A stretch of 64,000 nt of DNA from Camelus ferus (taxonomy: Eukaryota), in the NCBI RefSeq assembly GCF_009834535.1, contig NC_045696.1:109618001-109682000 (forward strand), read 5' to 3'. The first letter of the stretch is position 1, and each line of letters begins with the position of its first letter. A program made the position numbers and the translations under genes. Positions 38,573 through 50,095 of the stretch are shown here, piece by piece. The notes beneath the pieces were generated by a model that worked only from the letters and a program-made list of their open reading frames with translations, was not told the DNA's origin and ran no database searches.

Positions 38573-38700
38573 GGGGGAGGGTACAGTTCAGTGGTAGAGT
38601 GCATGCCTAGTATGCATGAGGTCCTGGGTTCAATCCCCAGTACTTCCAATAAAAAATAAATAAATAAACCTAATAACCCCCCAAAAAACAAACAAAAAAA
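38573..38700 (+). mobile_element. tRNA-derived SINE (Vic-1-like)
   Basis: GGGGGAGGGTACAGTTCAGTGGTAGAG...GGGTTCAATCCCCAG + (AAAT)n CCTAATAACCCC tail. Confidence 0.9.
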
Positions 38701-39116
38701 GGCTATTTTTTAAATAAAAATTGAAAAAAGTAATAAGGAGAAAACCTCTGCTACTCTCTGTAGCAAAAAAGCAAACATTTAAACATGCTAAATAGACTAA
38801 ATATAAACATTAGTGAAAATAAGCCTAATTAGCCCAAGATGTTGAGAATCCCCCTTTGAAAAAGTTTCTTTGACAAACTCTCAGAAGAGTTTGTCACAAA
38901 AAGAGTTTTACACTGTGTGACAATTACTGTCTTGTATCTTTTCAGCTGTTCTGGCATCCTTAGCCACAGCATGAAAGTAGTCAATATATAAAATCTTTAA
39001 ATGGGATAAAGGCTAAATGTCAGTATCTGGCAAGTGCAAAAAAATCCCAGGAATAATGGGATGCCCTAAAATTTCCTATCAAGTTTAATAAGAGAGGTGT
39101 AAATCACAGCATTTAC

Positions 39117-39211
39117 TCGGACAAAGAGCAATGTTTTCCCGGAGTCACAAAGGCCAACAAGAAGAACGGCTCTTTGACTGCTCCTTCTGCTCCGGATGAA
39201 CTTCCAGAACA
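39117..39211 (-). CDS. SRPRB: SRPRB exon 2 (VFWKFIRSRRSSQRAVLLVGLCDSGKTLLFVR)
   Basis: P-loop GLCDSGKT; AG at 39213-39212, GTAAAT at 39116; 95 nt. Confidence 0.96.
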
Positions 39212-39559
39212 CTGTGGAATAGAGAAAACCAAAATTATGCCTTGATTGTCAACAATCCCCGTGTACGGTTGGGTCCGGGGAAATTAACAGAAGTCTACCA
39301 CAGAACACTTCTTTCATTCCAGAACTTACTTTCACTGTTATTACCACCATTATAATCGTTGCTGTAGTCGTTAGGAGATCCGCTGAGTTTCAGCCACTAT
39401 CAACTGTCAACTTTTCTGTATCTGCAGCCCCTACCTCAACTGTGTACTACTCAAGCGCAGTCTTGCCTTATTAACTTCGTACCCCAGCACCCAGCTCGCA
39501 AACATAGAATGCTCAAACTTGGAGCAAAGACCCTTTAAGTCTAGTAGTAAGAGCAATAG

Positions 39560-40230
39560 AAGGCGGGGGTGCGGGGCGGGGATCGCGCTCAGGAGGAACA
39601 GGGGCTAGTAACCCGTACCCAAGGAGCAGGAAGTCACTCCGGGGGTCGCGAGGGATCCCCTTTAACATAGAGCTGTTTCTACCGCTTCAGGCAGGAGAGC
39701 AGGGTGGTATAAGGGGTGGTCTCCCTCTCCAGACGCCCCCCAGGTGCCATCTCTGCAGCGCGTCCACGGTCTGCACAAGCCCAGTCCTAGCCCGGATCCT
39801 CGCCCGCCCTGCACCCGCCACATCCATCGGCCGCCTCTTTACCTAGCGTCAGCAGCACCGCGAGGAGCGCCACCACGACTGACAGCAGCGTCGGGTCCCT
39901 CTGCTGCAGCTCCTGCCGCAAGGAGTCCAGGTAGGGCTGGAAGGTGCCCCCGGCACCACCGCCATCCCCCACCCGCCGGGAGTCCGCGGAAGCCATGGCT
40001 GGGATGCGTGGTATCCGGCACCGCGAAAGCAACGTGGCCCTGGGCTCTGCGCAGGCGTGCGCAGCGGAGCATCACGGGAGTGGTAGTTCCTAAATTGTAT
40101 TTCCTCCTTCAGAGGCCGGAATCCCGAAGGTCCTGATGGGAGTTGTAGTTCTCTTGGACTTCGGGCTTCCGCCGAAAGACTGGGCAGCCAGCCAGCCACA
40201 GGTGTGTGAGTCAAACGTCGCCGCTCTCTT
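39560..40230 (-). promoter_or_regulatory. CpG-island promoter of SRPRB with NRF1-like and two ZNF143/THAP11-type (ACTACAnnTCCC) motifs
   Basis: Visible CpG enrichment; TGCGCAGGCGTGCGCA 40048-40063; GGGAGTGGTAGT 40076-40087 and GGGAGTTGTAGT 40138-40149; ACGTGG 40032-40037. Confidence 0.75.
39843..39996 (-). CDS. SRPRB: SRPRB exon 1 coding part (MASADSRRVG...DPTLLSVVVALLAVLLTL), signal recognition particle receptor beta subunit with TM anchor
   Basis: Strong Kozak context GCCATGG, ATG at 39996; donor GTAAAG at 39842; 154 nt. Confidence 0.96.
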
Positions 40231-42140
40231 CATGGTTCTTGACAAAATGATGGGTGAATAAAATGAATGACTCAAGAAATCTTTATTGAGGATTTCCAGT
40301 CGCTCCATTTGAGAGGTGAGTCTTACGAGGAACTCAAGCATTACACAAACATTTCATCTGAATATAATGTGGCACGGGGTGACAGAGGATTTTAAGTAGC
40401 GATATGAGAATGCAAGTAGGAACGCTTAGTCCATCGTAGGTTCAGAGAACAGTTCCTGGAGAAAAATGCCAGGAACTGAGCCAAGAAGGATCCATTAGCC
40501 TCTTCAGGCGTGACAGAAAAAAGGGTGCTCTGTGCAGAAGAAAGTGAGCAATTCGATGTCCCCACACTGTAAATCTAGGGCTGCAACTGAAATACCTACA
40601 TTAAGGGAAGCAGCCAGGAAAATCCATAGGCGGGGTGGGGATGATTGAAAACTGCAGCTGGCACTCCTGCCCAAAGGAGGCAGCCACCACTCTGCCAGGC
40701 AGGTATGTGGGACCACGGTGGCCAGTTCTTCAGTTTTTCAAGATAAGCCAGAAAGAAAGGTTTTTAAGGGAAATTTTCCACTTTTCAAATTTCAGCAAAT
40801 AATAAAAACTTGTGGCCCAAATAAAACACCTCATCGGGTCAGAAGTGGCCAGCCTAGGGGCTCTGCCGGTTTTCAGTTTCTGTCATTAACAGGTGTCTTT
40901 GCAGCATAAGTGGCAGAAGATGAAACAGGAAATGTTGGCAAAAACCAGGCCTGAAGGGAATGTGTGCTATGCTGAGGAACCTAGGCCTTATCCAGAATGC
41001 AGTAAGAATTTTTGGTTGGAGGTGAGATTGATGATTGGCAGATCAACGGAGAGCTGTGGTTTGAGAGAAAAAAGACTGGGGGCAGGGAGACTAGCTGGAG
41101 ACTATTGCAGTATTTTGACAAATGAGGCACAGGGGCTGAGCCAGGGACAGAGGTAAGTGTGGAAAGGCAGCCACAGCTATGAGAGATATTTAGAAGGAAA
41201 ATATATAGGATTTGGTGATTAACTGGATACGCCGAGTTAAGAAGGAGAGTTACCAAGACTGCATCTGAAGCAGTTGGTGTGCATTATTGGGAAGATCAAA
41301 GTGCTTAACATAAATTAGAGAATTCAGTTAGAGAGACTTTGGAGCTGGGAGCAGAGCAAGGATGAAAATCACCTCTCTTTTGTGTATGTGGAGTTTCCAT
41401 TAACTCTAGGAAATCTAAAATCGTATATCAAGCAGGTGTTACAGTGAACGAATGTGAGGTTTCAGCAGTAGGTGCTATTTTCACTTGAGAGTCATATGTT
41501 AACAAGTGGTCATTAAATCATGGAGCTCACGAAGAGTGAGGAGGAGAGGGGACCACACCAAGAAGCCTAAGAAGGGAGAGTCAGTGACACAGGAGTAAAA
41601 TATGTCCTGGAAATAGCAGCATCTCTGCAACAGATGATGAGGCTTGAATGAAAGTGGGCTCAGGGGAAACATCAGGGTGAGGATTGGGAGGGGGGTTATG
41701 GAAGCAAGACTGTAGGAGGTGGAGAAGAGGGTGGGTCATGAGACTAATTACTAATGTTAATGAGTGCTTGCTAGTTCCAGGCATTGTTCTAAATACTTTA
41801 TTAATGTGTATAATCCTCACAATGACCCACTATCCTAGTTTTACAGAAGGCAAACTGAGATGGGGGTTAAGTAACCCACCTGGTGATCCCAGGCAGTTGG
41901 GTGCCTTTATACGCTCTGACACAGCACAATTCATTTTCCAGGCATTTTGTTGATAAAGCTGGGCAACAGGGACTCCAGATCAGGGAAGGATGTTTAGGAT
42001 GTGAGGTTAAAGGGAGTAAACCACCTACTATATTTTAAGTTAGCATTATCAATTAAAAGTATCAGAACTGACAGTAATCATACCACATTCTATTTCTTTT
42101 CTTTCTATGGTCCTGATCCCTGCTCTGTATCCCCCACCCA

Positions 42141-42189
42141 ACACACACACACACACGCGCGCGCGCGCGCGCGCGCGCGTGCACACACA
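42141..42189. repeat. (AC)8 run into (CG)12 then TG(CA)n: uninterrupted alternating purine-pyrimidine tract (Z-DNA prone)
   Basis: Counted directly; (CG)12 at 42156-42179. Confidence 0.92.
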
Positions 42190-44437
42190 GCTCCTTTATA
42201 ACTTCTCTTAGGGACTAAAAATGCAGGGAAGAGGGGAAGGACCAGACATGGAGAACACCTGCTGTAACTGGGCTGACTGCATAAGGATTTGTAGTCAGAG
42301 CTCTGTGAGTGAACAAGTGCTGTGTTGGCAGTGAAATTTGGGCATGAAGAAGGAAGGGTTTGACATGATAAGACAGGGTCATATTGTTTTTTCAGTTTGT
42401 TTCCTGGGTGTTATGAAGGCAGAAGAAATGTGCACACCTTCCACATTCGAGTGAGGAGGTGGTGCCACCATGATCAGGAAGGAGAGCGGGAGAGGATGGT
42501 GTCAGCGGCTTCCTGTCCTCTCACATCTCCGCCCCAAGGGCTCCACAGCACCCCTGGGGCTCTGTGGGGATGAGTGTGGAAGAAGGACTCCCAGATACTG
42601 ACTGCTGCTGGCTGAACGTGCTCTGCTCCCTGCTTCTAACAGCAGGTGGAGAGTTACAACAAAACCAACATAGATGATTTTTCCTTCTCTTCCACTAATT
42701 AAAATGGCTCATTCACTGGATACATTTTCCCTCTTCTGTTCCCAGTAGCTCCAAATCACAAAACAGAGCCTATCTCAGACTCAGGGACACCAATCATGTG
42801 ACTCTTCTATCCTGGTTTATCTCTTTAACTCTGTTTCTTTGAAAAAATAGAGCATTAAAAAAAAGAATTAAAATGAGACATGTTTACTATATTAAAAACT
42901 CAAGCAGTAATGAAAGATCAAAGAAGAAAGCCACAAATCACCTTAATTTTTATACCTATAGGGTCTGGTGAACATGATTTCAGACATTTCTCTGTACAGA
43001 TGTACTGACAGGAAGGCAGTGTAACGGGAGGAATAAATAAAAATGAACAGAAATTATTTTCAGAGACTATAATATGCATTGCTGTGTTCACAGTCCCGAG
43101 AGCAGTGCCTGGATCATAGTAGGTACGCAGTGCATTGCTGATAAAATTAGATTTGTTGACTCATTGCAGTAAGACAGACCGCATGCCAGAGGAATGGTGG
43201 GGCATCTCACCAAACAAAGGAAAAGAAAGAGTTATCATAGAATTTAGGGTGAGGATGGAGTTTGGGTGGATATTGCATAAAGTCAAGTGTTGCTAGGCTC
43301 AAAGGAAAACAGGGCTGTGTGTGAAAACGTGAACATCAGGTCTGGACTGCAAAGTGGACCCACGGTCTGTTTCCTTGGATACTAGAAACTTGAGAGATGT
43401 AGACTTTTGGGTCCAGAAACCCCCTACCTGCAGCTCTGCCCCTGAGTGTAAATTGAGGCTGTGGTAGGAATTAGGGAATGAAGGGGCAAACCGCAGAGTT
43501 GTTTAGAAGGCACATTCAACAGCACTTGCTGACATTGGATGTGGAATGAGGGAAAATAGCGAATTGAAATTTGACTCCTCGGTTTACGACTCCTGTGAGT
43601 GGGTAGCAGACCATGTCTTTAACTGATATGAAACACATGGAAACAACAGTAGGATTAGGGAGGCAGGAGAAGGAAGAGGCAAGATGATCACCTCGCCTTT
43701 TATTTGTTGGACTTCGGATTACTGTGAGAACTCTACAGTATCGATGCCCAGGAAGGAGGAGGTATAAGTGTGGGACTCTGGCAGGGATCAGAGCTATAGA
43801 TATAGATGCCCAGGAGGCATTCTCACTCCTTAGGGAGGATTTGGAGAGTGAGAAGAGCACTGGATCAAGAGAAGGACCCCAGGAAGATTACCCTGCACTT
43901 CCAGAACTGGTAGGATGAACCCACAGTAAGACCACAAATGGACAGAGAGGGAGGCACCAAAGCAGAGAGCTGCCACGTCAGCGAAGCTGGGGTGAGCTCC
44001 AAGGAAGGGTGAACAGTGTCAACAGACTCCGGGATAAAAGAACTGAAATTGGTTTTCACAGCTGGCAGGTGGATGGTGACCTTGACCAGCGTAGCTGCAG
44101 GGGAGTGAGTAGAGCAGAAGGCTGATTTCTGTGTGTTCAGCCTTTAACAACAAGTGAAGTGTGGACAGAAAGAGGCTCCACCTTTCAGGAGCTCCACTCA
44201 GAAGGGGAGGAGATGGGGCAGTGGCTGCTGTGGGAATCGGGGTCCAGGATGATTTTTAGCAAGAAGAATTTCCAGTGATTCACTTTTCCAAGACTTAAGG
44301 GTCAGGGCCTCAAGTATATTTGATGAAATGTATTAAAACTATTTTTTAAATATTTAAATCTGTATTCTTTTCCTCTACTGCCTTGAGCACCCCATCTCAA
44401 TACTCACCCCACATCCTCCTTCCTGCCCCTTCCTAGC

Positions 44438-44438
<1 letters not shown>

Positions 44439-44476
<38 letters not shown>
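44439..44476. repeat. (AC)19 microsatellite downstream of the TF polyA signal
   Basis: Counted directly. Confidence 0.92.
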
Positions 44477-44484
<8 letters not shown>

Positions 44485-44728
44485 GCACAGCCATGTGCCA
44501 TTGATTCTACTATAATGCTATTATAATTACCATGCAGATCCCTTTTAGAAAGAATTGCAACTGGGACTGTACCCAGAAGGTGTGGCTGTGGCAAAGTGCA
44601 GACGGATCTTGAGCTCTGAAGGAAGGGCTAGCTGCACATGTGTTTAGTCAGATGGTATAAAAGAAATCCTTTCAGACCAAACATTTAGGAAAAAATGAAA
44701 TTTTAAAAAGATAAAACCAATAATAATT

Positions 44729-44738
44729 TTTATTTATT
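44729..44738 (-). terminator. TF polyadenylation signal (two overlapping AATAAA on - strand)
   Basis: TTTATTTATT on + strand about 140 nt past the TF stop, followed by T-rich sequence on the - strand. Confidence 0.75.
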
Positions 44739-44873
44739 TTTTTGTCCTGCAGAGGTGCCACCACCACCAAACTGTGAAGGCAACCAAACCACTCAAGCCA
44801 GCAAAACCAGGGGGAAGCATATGCATCATGTGAGCTCCCATCTCCAGCAGGTGGTGGCCCCCACTCTTGGATT

Positions 44874-44908
44874 TTAATCTCTGTAGAAAGTGCAGGCTTC
44901 CAGGAGTT
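44874..44908 (-). CDS. TF: TF exon 17 coding part (KLLEACTFYRD*)
   Basis: AG at 44910-44909; conserved LLEACTF; TAA at 44876-44874. Confidence 0.93.
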
Positions 44909-45668
44909 CTGTGGGCGCAAAGCAGAGAGGTAGGACAGTTAAAATCTACCTGTATTTATTTTCTGTTGAGTGAATTAACAGTTAAGCCTGATAAAAAGGT
45001 ACTCAGACCTGTTGCCCTGCTCTTCTGATGGGTGGACATGGCCATTCCCCCAGTGGCCTCCTCCTCCTCCCTGCACAGCCCCTGTACCTACACTGGGCCC
45101 CACACCAAGGATGGTGACATGATTTCCCTGCCCCACATCATCCCCCACCTTGTGTCTTATGAACGGGGCTCCCACACCTGAGTCCATGTGGCTGGAAGGA
45201 ACCTAGGAGGACTCCTCTCTGACCTCTTTAGTCAGGTGAGAAACTAACATAAGGAGATGCGCTAAGCACCCAGCACGTGTCGGCTTCCATGCTAGGGGCT
45301 GGGGATGGAGCAGGGTCCAGCAGAGTCAGAGTCTCCTCCATCACGAATGATACAGGTTAGGTAAATATAACTGGGGTGCTCACAACAGTGGCCATTGACA
45401 AGCATGTTCCTTACACTAGAATTATGTGGACAGCTCTTAAAATGCAGAAGCCCTGAACCTGGCATAGACTTGCTGAATCAATATCTTAAGGACCGTGGCT
45501 CATGGACCTGGGCTCTGTAGCCGAAGAATACTCGCCCTATAGCTACACGGTATTCTCCCACGTCTTCCAAATGATTCCACGTGATGAAATGATGTCTAAC
45601 GTAGCTATGGTGCAAAGGTGTGTTTCACCGTCTTCTAACTCTTAGAAAACTGATGTCCTAGATGAGTT

Positions 45669-47998
45669 CAGGCACACCTCATTTTATTGTGTTTCCCTTT
45701 ATTGCACTTCACAGATATTGTGTTTCTTTCTTTTTTTTTTTTTTAACAAATTGATGGTTTGTGGCAGCCGTGTGTCCAGTAAGTCTATTGGCACCATTTT
45801 TCCAATAGCATTTGCTCACTTCATTGTCTCTGTGTCACATTTTGGTAATTCTTTAAATAGTTCAGGCTTTTTCATTATTATTATGGTGATCTGTGATCAG
45901 TGATCTTTGATGTTACTGTTGTTAAACTGTTTTGGGGCCCCACCAGCCATGCCCATTAAGACAGCAAACTTAATCGATAAATGTTGTGTGTGTTTTGGCT
46001 GCTCCACCAACACAACAGTATTGAAATTAAGCCAGTGAATAGCCCTACAGTGGCCTCTAAGCATTCAAGTGAAGGGAAGAGTTACACAACTCTCACTTTA
46101 AATCAAAAGCTAGAAATGATTAAGCTCAGTGACGAAGGCATGTCGAAAACCAAGATACGCCTCTTGTGCCAAACAGTTAGCCAAGTTATGAATGCAAAGG
46201 AAAAGTTCTTAAAGGAAATTAAAAATACTACTCCAGTGAACACAGAAATGATAAGAAAGTGAAACAGCCTTATAGCTGATATGGAGAAAGTTTTAGTGGT
46301 CTGGATAAAAGATGAAACCAGCCATAACATTCCTTTAAGCCAAAGCCTAATCCACAGCAAGGCCTGAACTCTCTTCACTTCTGTGAAGGCCGAGAGAGGC
46401 GAGGAAGCTGCAGAAGAAAAGTTTGCAGAGGTTGGTTCATGAGGTTTAAGGAGAGAAGCCGTCTCCATAACGTAAAAGTGCGAGGGGAAGTAACGGACGC
46501 TGATACAGAAGCCGCAGCAAGTTCTCCGGAAGACCTCGCTAAGGTAGTCAGCGAAGGTGGCTACACTAAATGACAGATTTTCAATGTAGGTGAAACAGCC
46601 TTTTGTGGAAGGAGACGCCATCTAGGACTTTCATAGCTAGAGAGGAGGAGTCAGTGCCTGGCTTCAAAGCTTCAAAGGACAGGCTGACACTCCTGTTAGG
46701 GGCTAACGCAGCTGGTGACTTGAAGATGACGCCAATGCCCATTTAGCGTTCTGAGAGTCCTACAGCCCTTAAGAATTATGCTCAGTCTACTCTGTGTGTG
46801 CTCTAGAAATGGAAGAACAAAGCCTGGATGACAGCACATCTGTTTAAAACACGGTTTAGTGATATTTTAAGCCCACTTTTGAGACCTGCTGCTCAGAAAG
46901 AAAGATTCCTTCCAAAATATGACTGCTCCCTGACAGTGCACCTGGTCACCCAAGAGCTCTGATGGAGAGGGACGGCGAGATTCATGCTGTTGCAGTGACG
47001 GCAACACAGCACCCGTTCTGCGGTCCATGGATCAAGGAGTCATTCTGACTTTCAAGTCTTATTATTTAAGAAATACATTTCATAAAGCTATAGCTGCTAT
47101 AGATAATGATTCCTCTGATGGATGTGGGCAAAGTCAACGGAAAAGCTTATGGAAAGGCTTCCTCATTCTTGACACCATTAAGGACATTTTGATTCATGGG
47201 AGAGGTCGGAATATCAACATGAACAGGTTTGGAAGAAGTTGATTCCAACCCTCATAGATGACTTTGAGGGGTTCAAAACTCCAGGGGAGGAAGTAACTGC
47301 AGATGTGGTAGAAACAGCAAGAGGACTAGAATTAGAAGAGAAGCCTGAAGATGTGACTGTCTTGCTGCAATCTCATGATAGAATTTTAATGGATGAGGAG
47401 TTGCTGCTTATAGATGAGCAGAGAGAGTGGTTTCTTGAGATGGAGTCTACTCCTGGTGAAGATGCTGTGAAGACTGTCGAAATGACAACAAAGGGTTTAG
47501 AATATTACGTAAACCTGTTTGATAAAGCAGCAGCAGGGCTTGAGAAGACTGACCTCAATTTTGAAAGAAGTTCTACTGTGGCTAAAATGCTATCACATAG
47601 CAACACATGCTACAGAGAAATGGTTCATGAAAGGAACAGTCAACTGACGTGGCAAACTTCATTGTTGTCTTATTTTAAGAAATTGCCACAGCCACTCCAG
47701 CCTTAGGCAACCACCCCCCTGATCCTTTAGCAGCCATGAACATGGAAGCAAAACCCTCCACCAGCAAAAAGATTATGACTCGCTAAAGGCTCAGATGATA
47801 GTTAACATTTTTTAGCAATAAAGAATTTTTAACTAAGATACGTACATTGTTAGACATTGTTTAGACATAATGCCATTGCACACTTTTTGTGTAGTGCAAA
47901 CATAACTTTTACATGCGCTGGGAAACCAAAAACTTCATGTGACTTGTTTTATCGCAGTGTTCTGAAACAGAACCCACACAATCTCTGAGGTATGCCTG
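45669..47998 (+). mobile_element. Near-full-length Tigger1 DNA transposon with decayed pogo/CENP-B-like transposase, in TF intron 16
   Basis: TIRs CAGGCACACCTC / GAGGTATGCCTG followed by TA; ORF remnants [20 protein letters not shown] (HTH) and [18 protein letters not shown] (DDE region) with stops and frameshifts. Confidence 0.92.
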
Positions 47999-48114
47999 TA
48001 GTGTGTAGGACAACTTTAGAGTTACCAGAACCGATCATTGTTCGAGCTCTCAAGAGCAGCGCCATGTAAAAGAACCCTCTGCGATGCTGCGAATGTTCTC
48101 TTTGGTCTCCTACA

Positions 48115-48255
48115 TAGAGCCACATGTATCTGTGGAACACTTAAATAATGGCTGATGTGACAGAGGAACTAAATTTAAAATTTTGTTTAATATTAATTAG
48201 TATAAATTTAGCCCCATGCAGCTAGAGGCTACCATTTCGAACAGTGCAGCTCTGT
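48115..48255. mobile_element. MER3-like hAT MITE fragment
   Basis: 'gccacatg...gtgacagaggaactaaatttaaaatttt...ctagaggctaccat' pattern. Confidence 0.5.
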
Positions 48256-48559
48256 ATAAAAAGGAGTTTAGAGAGAGCCATTAGCATAGATGCATCACTC
48301 TCTTCCTTTCTTTAGGAATAGCATGGAATTCTGCATGTCCAAGCATTTCACTGCCTCAGTGCCCTCAGCCATGTCCCCTTAACCATCTGGGCATACGAGT
48401 AGCCTTTCATTCACACTGGGATTGCATTGTTCCCTCATTATTTCTCTTGTCCATTGGTCATCTCCTGGTGACTACAGCCCACTCCTCCTTTTGTGTCCAG
48501 CACCCAGAACCCCGACTGTGTTTGCTTTGCAGGTTCCCCATGCTGTTCCTTCTACTCAC

Positions 48560-48749
48560 TTGATTTTGAACATTGTTTCAGGTTAGACACAGCCGTGACA
48601 TATGCATGTCCTAAGTAGGATTCATATGTTGTTTTGTCCGGAAGTGTAGCCAAACATTTGGTGTCATCTCTGAACAGAAGGTCCTTGGTTTCTGACTGGA
48701 ACATACAAAAACTGCCCGAGCAGTCATTTCCATTTTTTCCAAATACAAG
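48560..48749 (-). CDS. TF: TF exon 16 ([33 protein letters not shown]...[10 protein letters not shown])
   Basis: KDLLFRDD motif; AG at 48751-48750, GTGAGT at 48559; 190 nt; the correct frame is not in the ORF track. Confidence 0.95.
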
Positions 48750-49910
48750 CTGTCAAATGGACAGAAAGCACATGAGGACCTGTGACAAAGAGCTGCTGGG
48801 AGCACAAGGATGGGCTGGAGGAGGAGGCTAAAGGAGCTGGGAACCAGCCCTGGGAAGAAAGGGAGGCTGCAAAGGATGTCCCAGGATCTCCCCACATCCC
48901 TCACCTGGCATTCACACAATTATGGACCCCAAATCCATGCTTCCATGAGGCCCCAGAGTCCTCTGTGGGGTCTATCCTGGCCCCATCTCCCTTCCCCACT
49001 TCATTGGCAATGGCCTTGGAGACTGCTTCCAGGAAATGAGAGGACAAAAACGTGTCCCCTTTAAGTGTTATTATCAAAGAAGATATTAAATATAAGCCAC
49101 CCAGTGAGGGCTGGTACAGGTAGCTGCTGAAAGTTCATGTTTGACTGCATCTTTGATCCTGTCTTGATAAGAGGCTTGACTCCTCTAGGCCTTCTAAGAT
49201 TATAAGTGAAATAATAATTACAAAAAGTTTAGCATTCCGTCTAGAACCCAGGAAATGTTTATTAAATACTAATTATTAGTATCATTTACCTTAAGAGGAC
49301 TCACAAAGGTATGCTATCTTAATCAAAAAAAGAAAAGAAAAGAAAACTGATGGTGGATCAGCAGGCAGGACGCTGTTGCTGAGGGTGGGTGGTGTTTGCG
49401 GGGGGAGGATGAGAACACACAGGCAGACCCCTCCCCAACAAGGCCAGCCCCGGTTGGTTGTTTCCCCAGAGGACAAGCTCCCTCAGGGTAGGGTTCCTGG
49501 GTTTTTCTGCCTGTTGGAATGGTTCTCAGTCTGCCTATGCAAGAGAAACACAGTCTACGTTTCATGACTCGTATCAAGAAGGGCTGGGAAACAGGACCAG
49601 TCACCTTCATTTAAAAAAAAAAAGGCAGAGGCGGGGGAATGTGAGGGTACCACAGAGCAAGGTCAGAGCCCAGCTGGAAGGGAGATGCTTAGACCCGGGA
49701 AATGTGCATTAGATGGTGTGTGGCCGTCGGTGAGCAGAAGATACAAGAGGAGCCAGGCCTGGGAGACCCAGTTCCACAATCCATGCCCTCCCAATTCTTG
49801 CCTTCCGAAAAAGAATGCTGGAATGTGGGCTGGCACTTGGCTGTGAACTCTCCCAAACAGTCCACACCCACCTGGGGAAGGAAGGGTTGGAGGCCCTGGC
49901 CGGTCCATAC

Positions 49911-50095
49911 CTGCTGTCTGAGTAGCTCATCGCGAACACAAGCTGCCTTATCTTCCCGTGAGACCACAGCATGATGTGGGGCTTTGGCCAGGTGGCAGCT
50001 CTCAGCCTCGTTCACAGACTTCCTGGTGCCGTCAGTGCACAACAGCTGAAAATTCTCTGGCTTCAGGTCTTTTGCCCACGCGTCAGTGTTCCTTC
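49911..50095 (-). CDS. TF: TF exon 15 ([26 protein letters not shown]...[29 protein letters not shown])
   Basis: AG at 50097-50096, GTATGG at 49910; 185 nt; C-lobe His ligand. Confidence 0.96.

Noticed and set aside
38871..38896. Perfect 11-bp inverted repeat TGACAAACTCT-caga-AGAGTTTGTCA in SRPRB intron 2
   Set aside because: Too short for a pre-miRNA, no snoRNA boxes seen, plausible by chance in 64 kb.
39997..40032. N-terminal extension of SRPRB suggested by ORF 39787-40032
   Set aside because: It starts at a non-ATG codon; the ATG at 39996 has a strong Kozak context and yields the expected 271-aa protein.
40900..44250. Purine-rich TF-SRPRB intergenic stretches with short ORFs
   Set aside because: They look like very old L2/MIR/LTR remnants; borders and families cannot be supported by eye, and there is no coding signal.
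45981..47706. Transposase-like ORFs as a domesticated TIGD/CENP-B gene
   Set aside because: Split across frames by stops and frameshifts and still bounded by Tigger1 TIRs; a fossil element.
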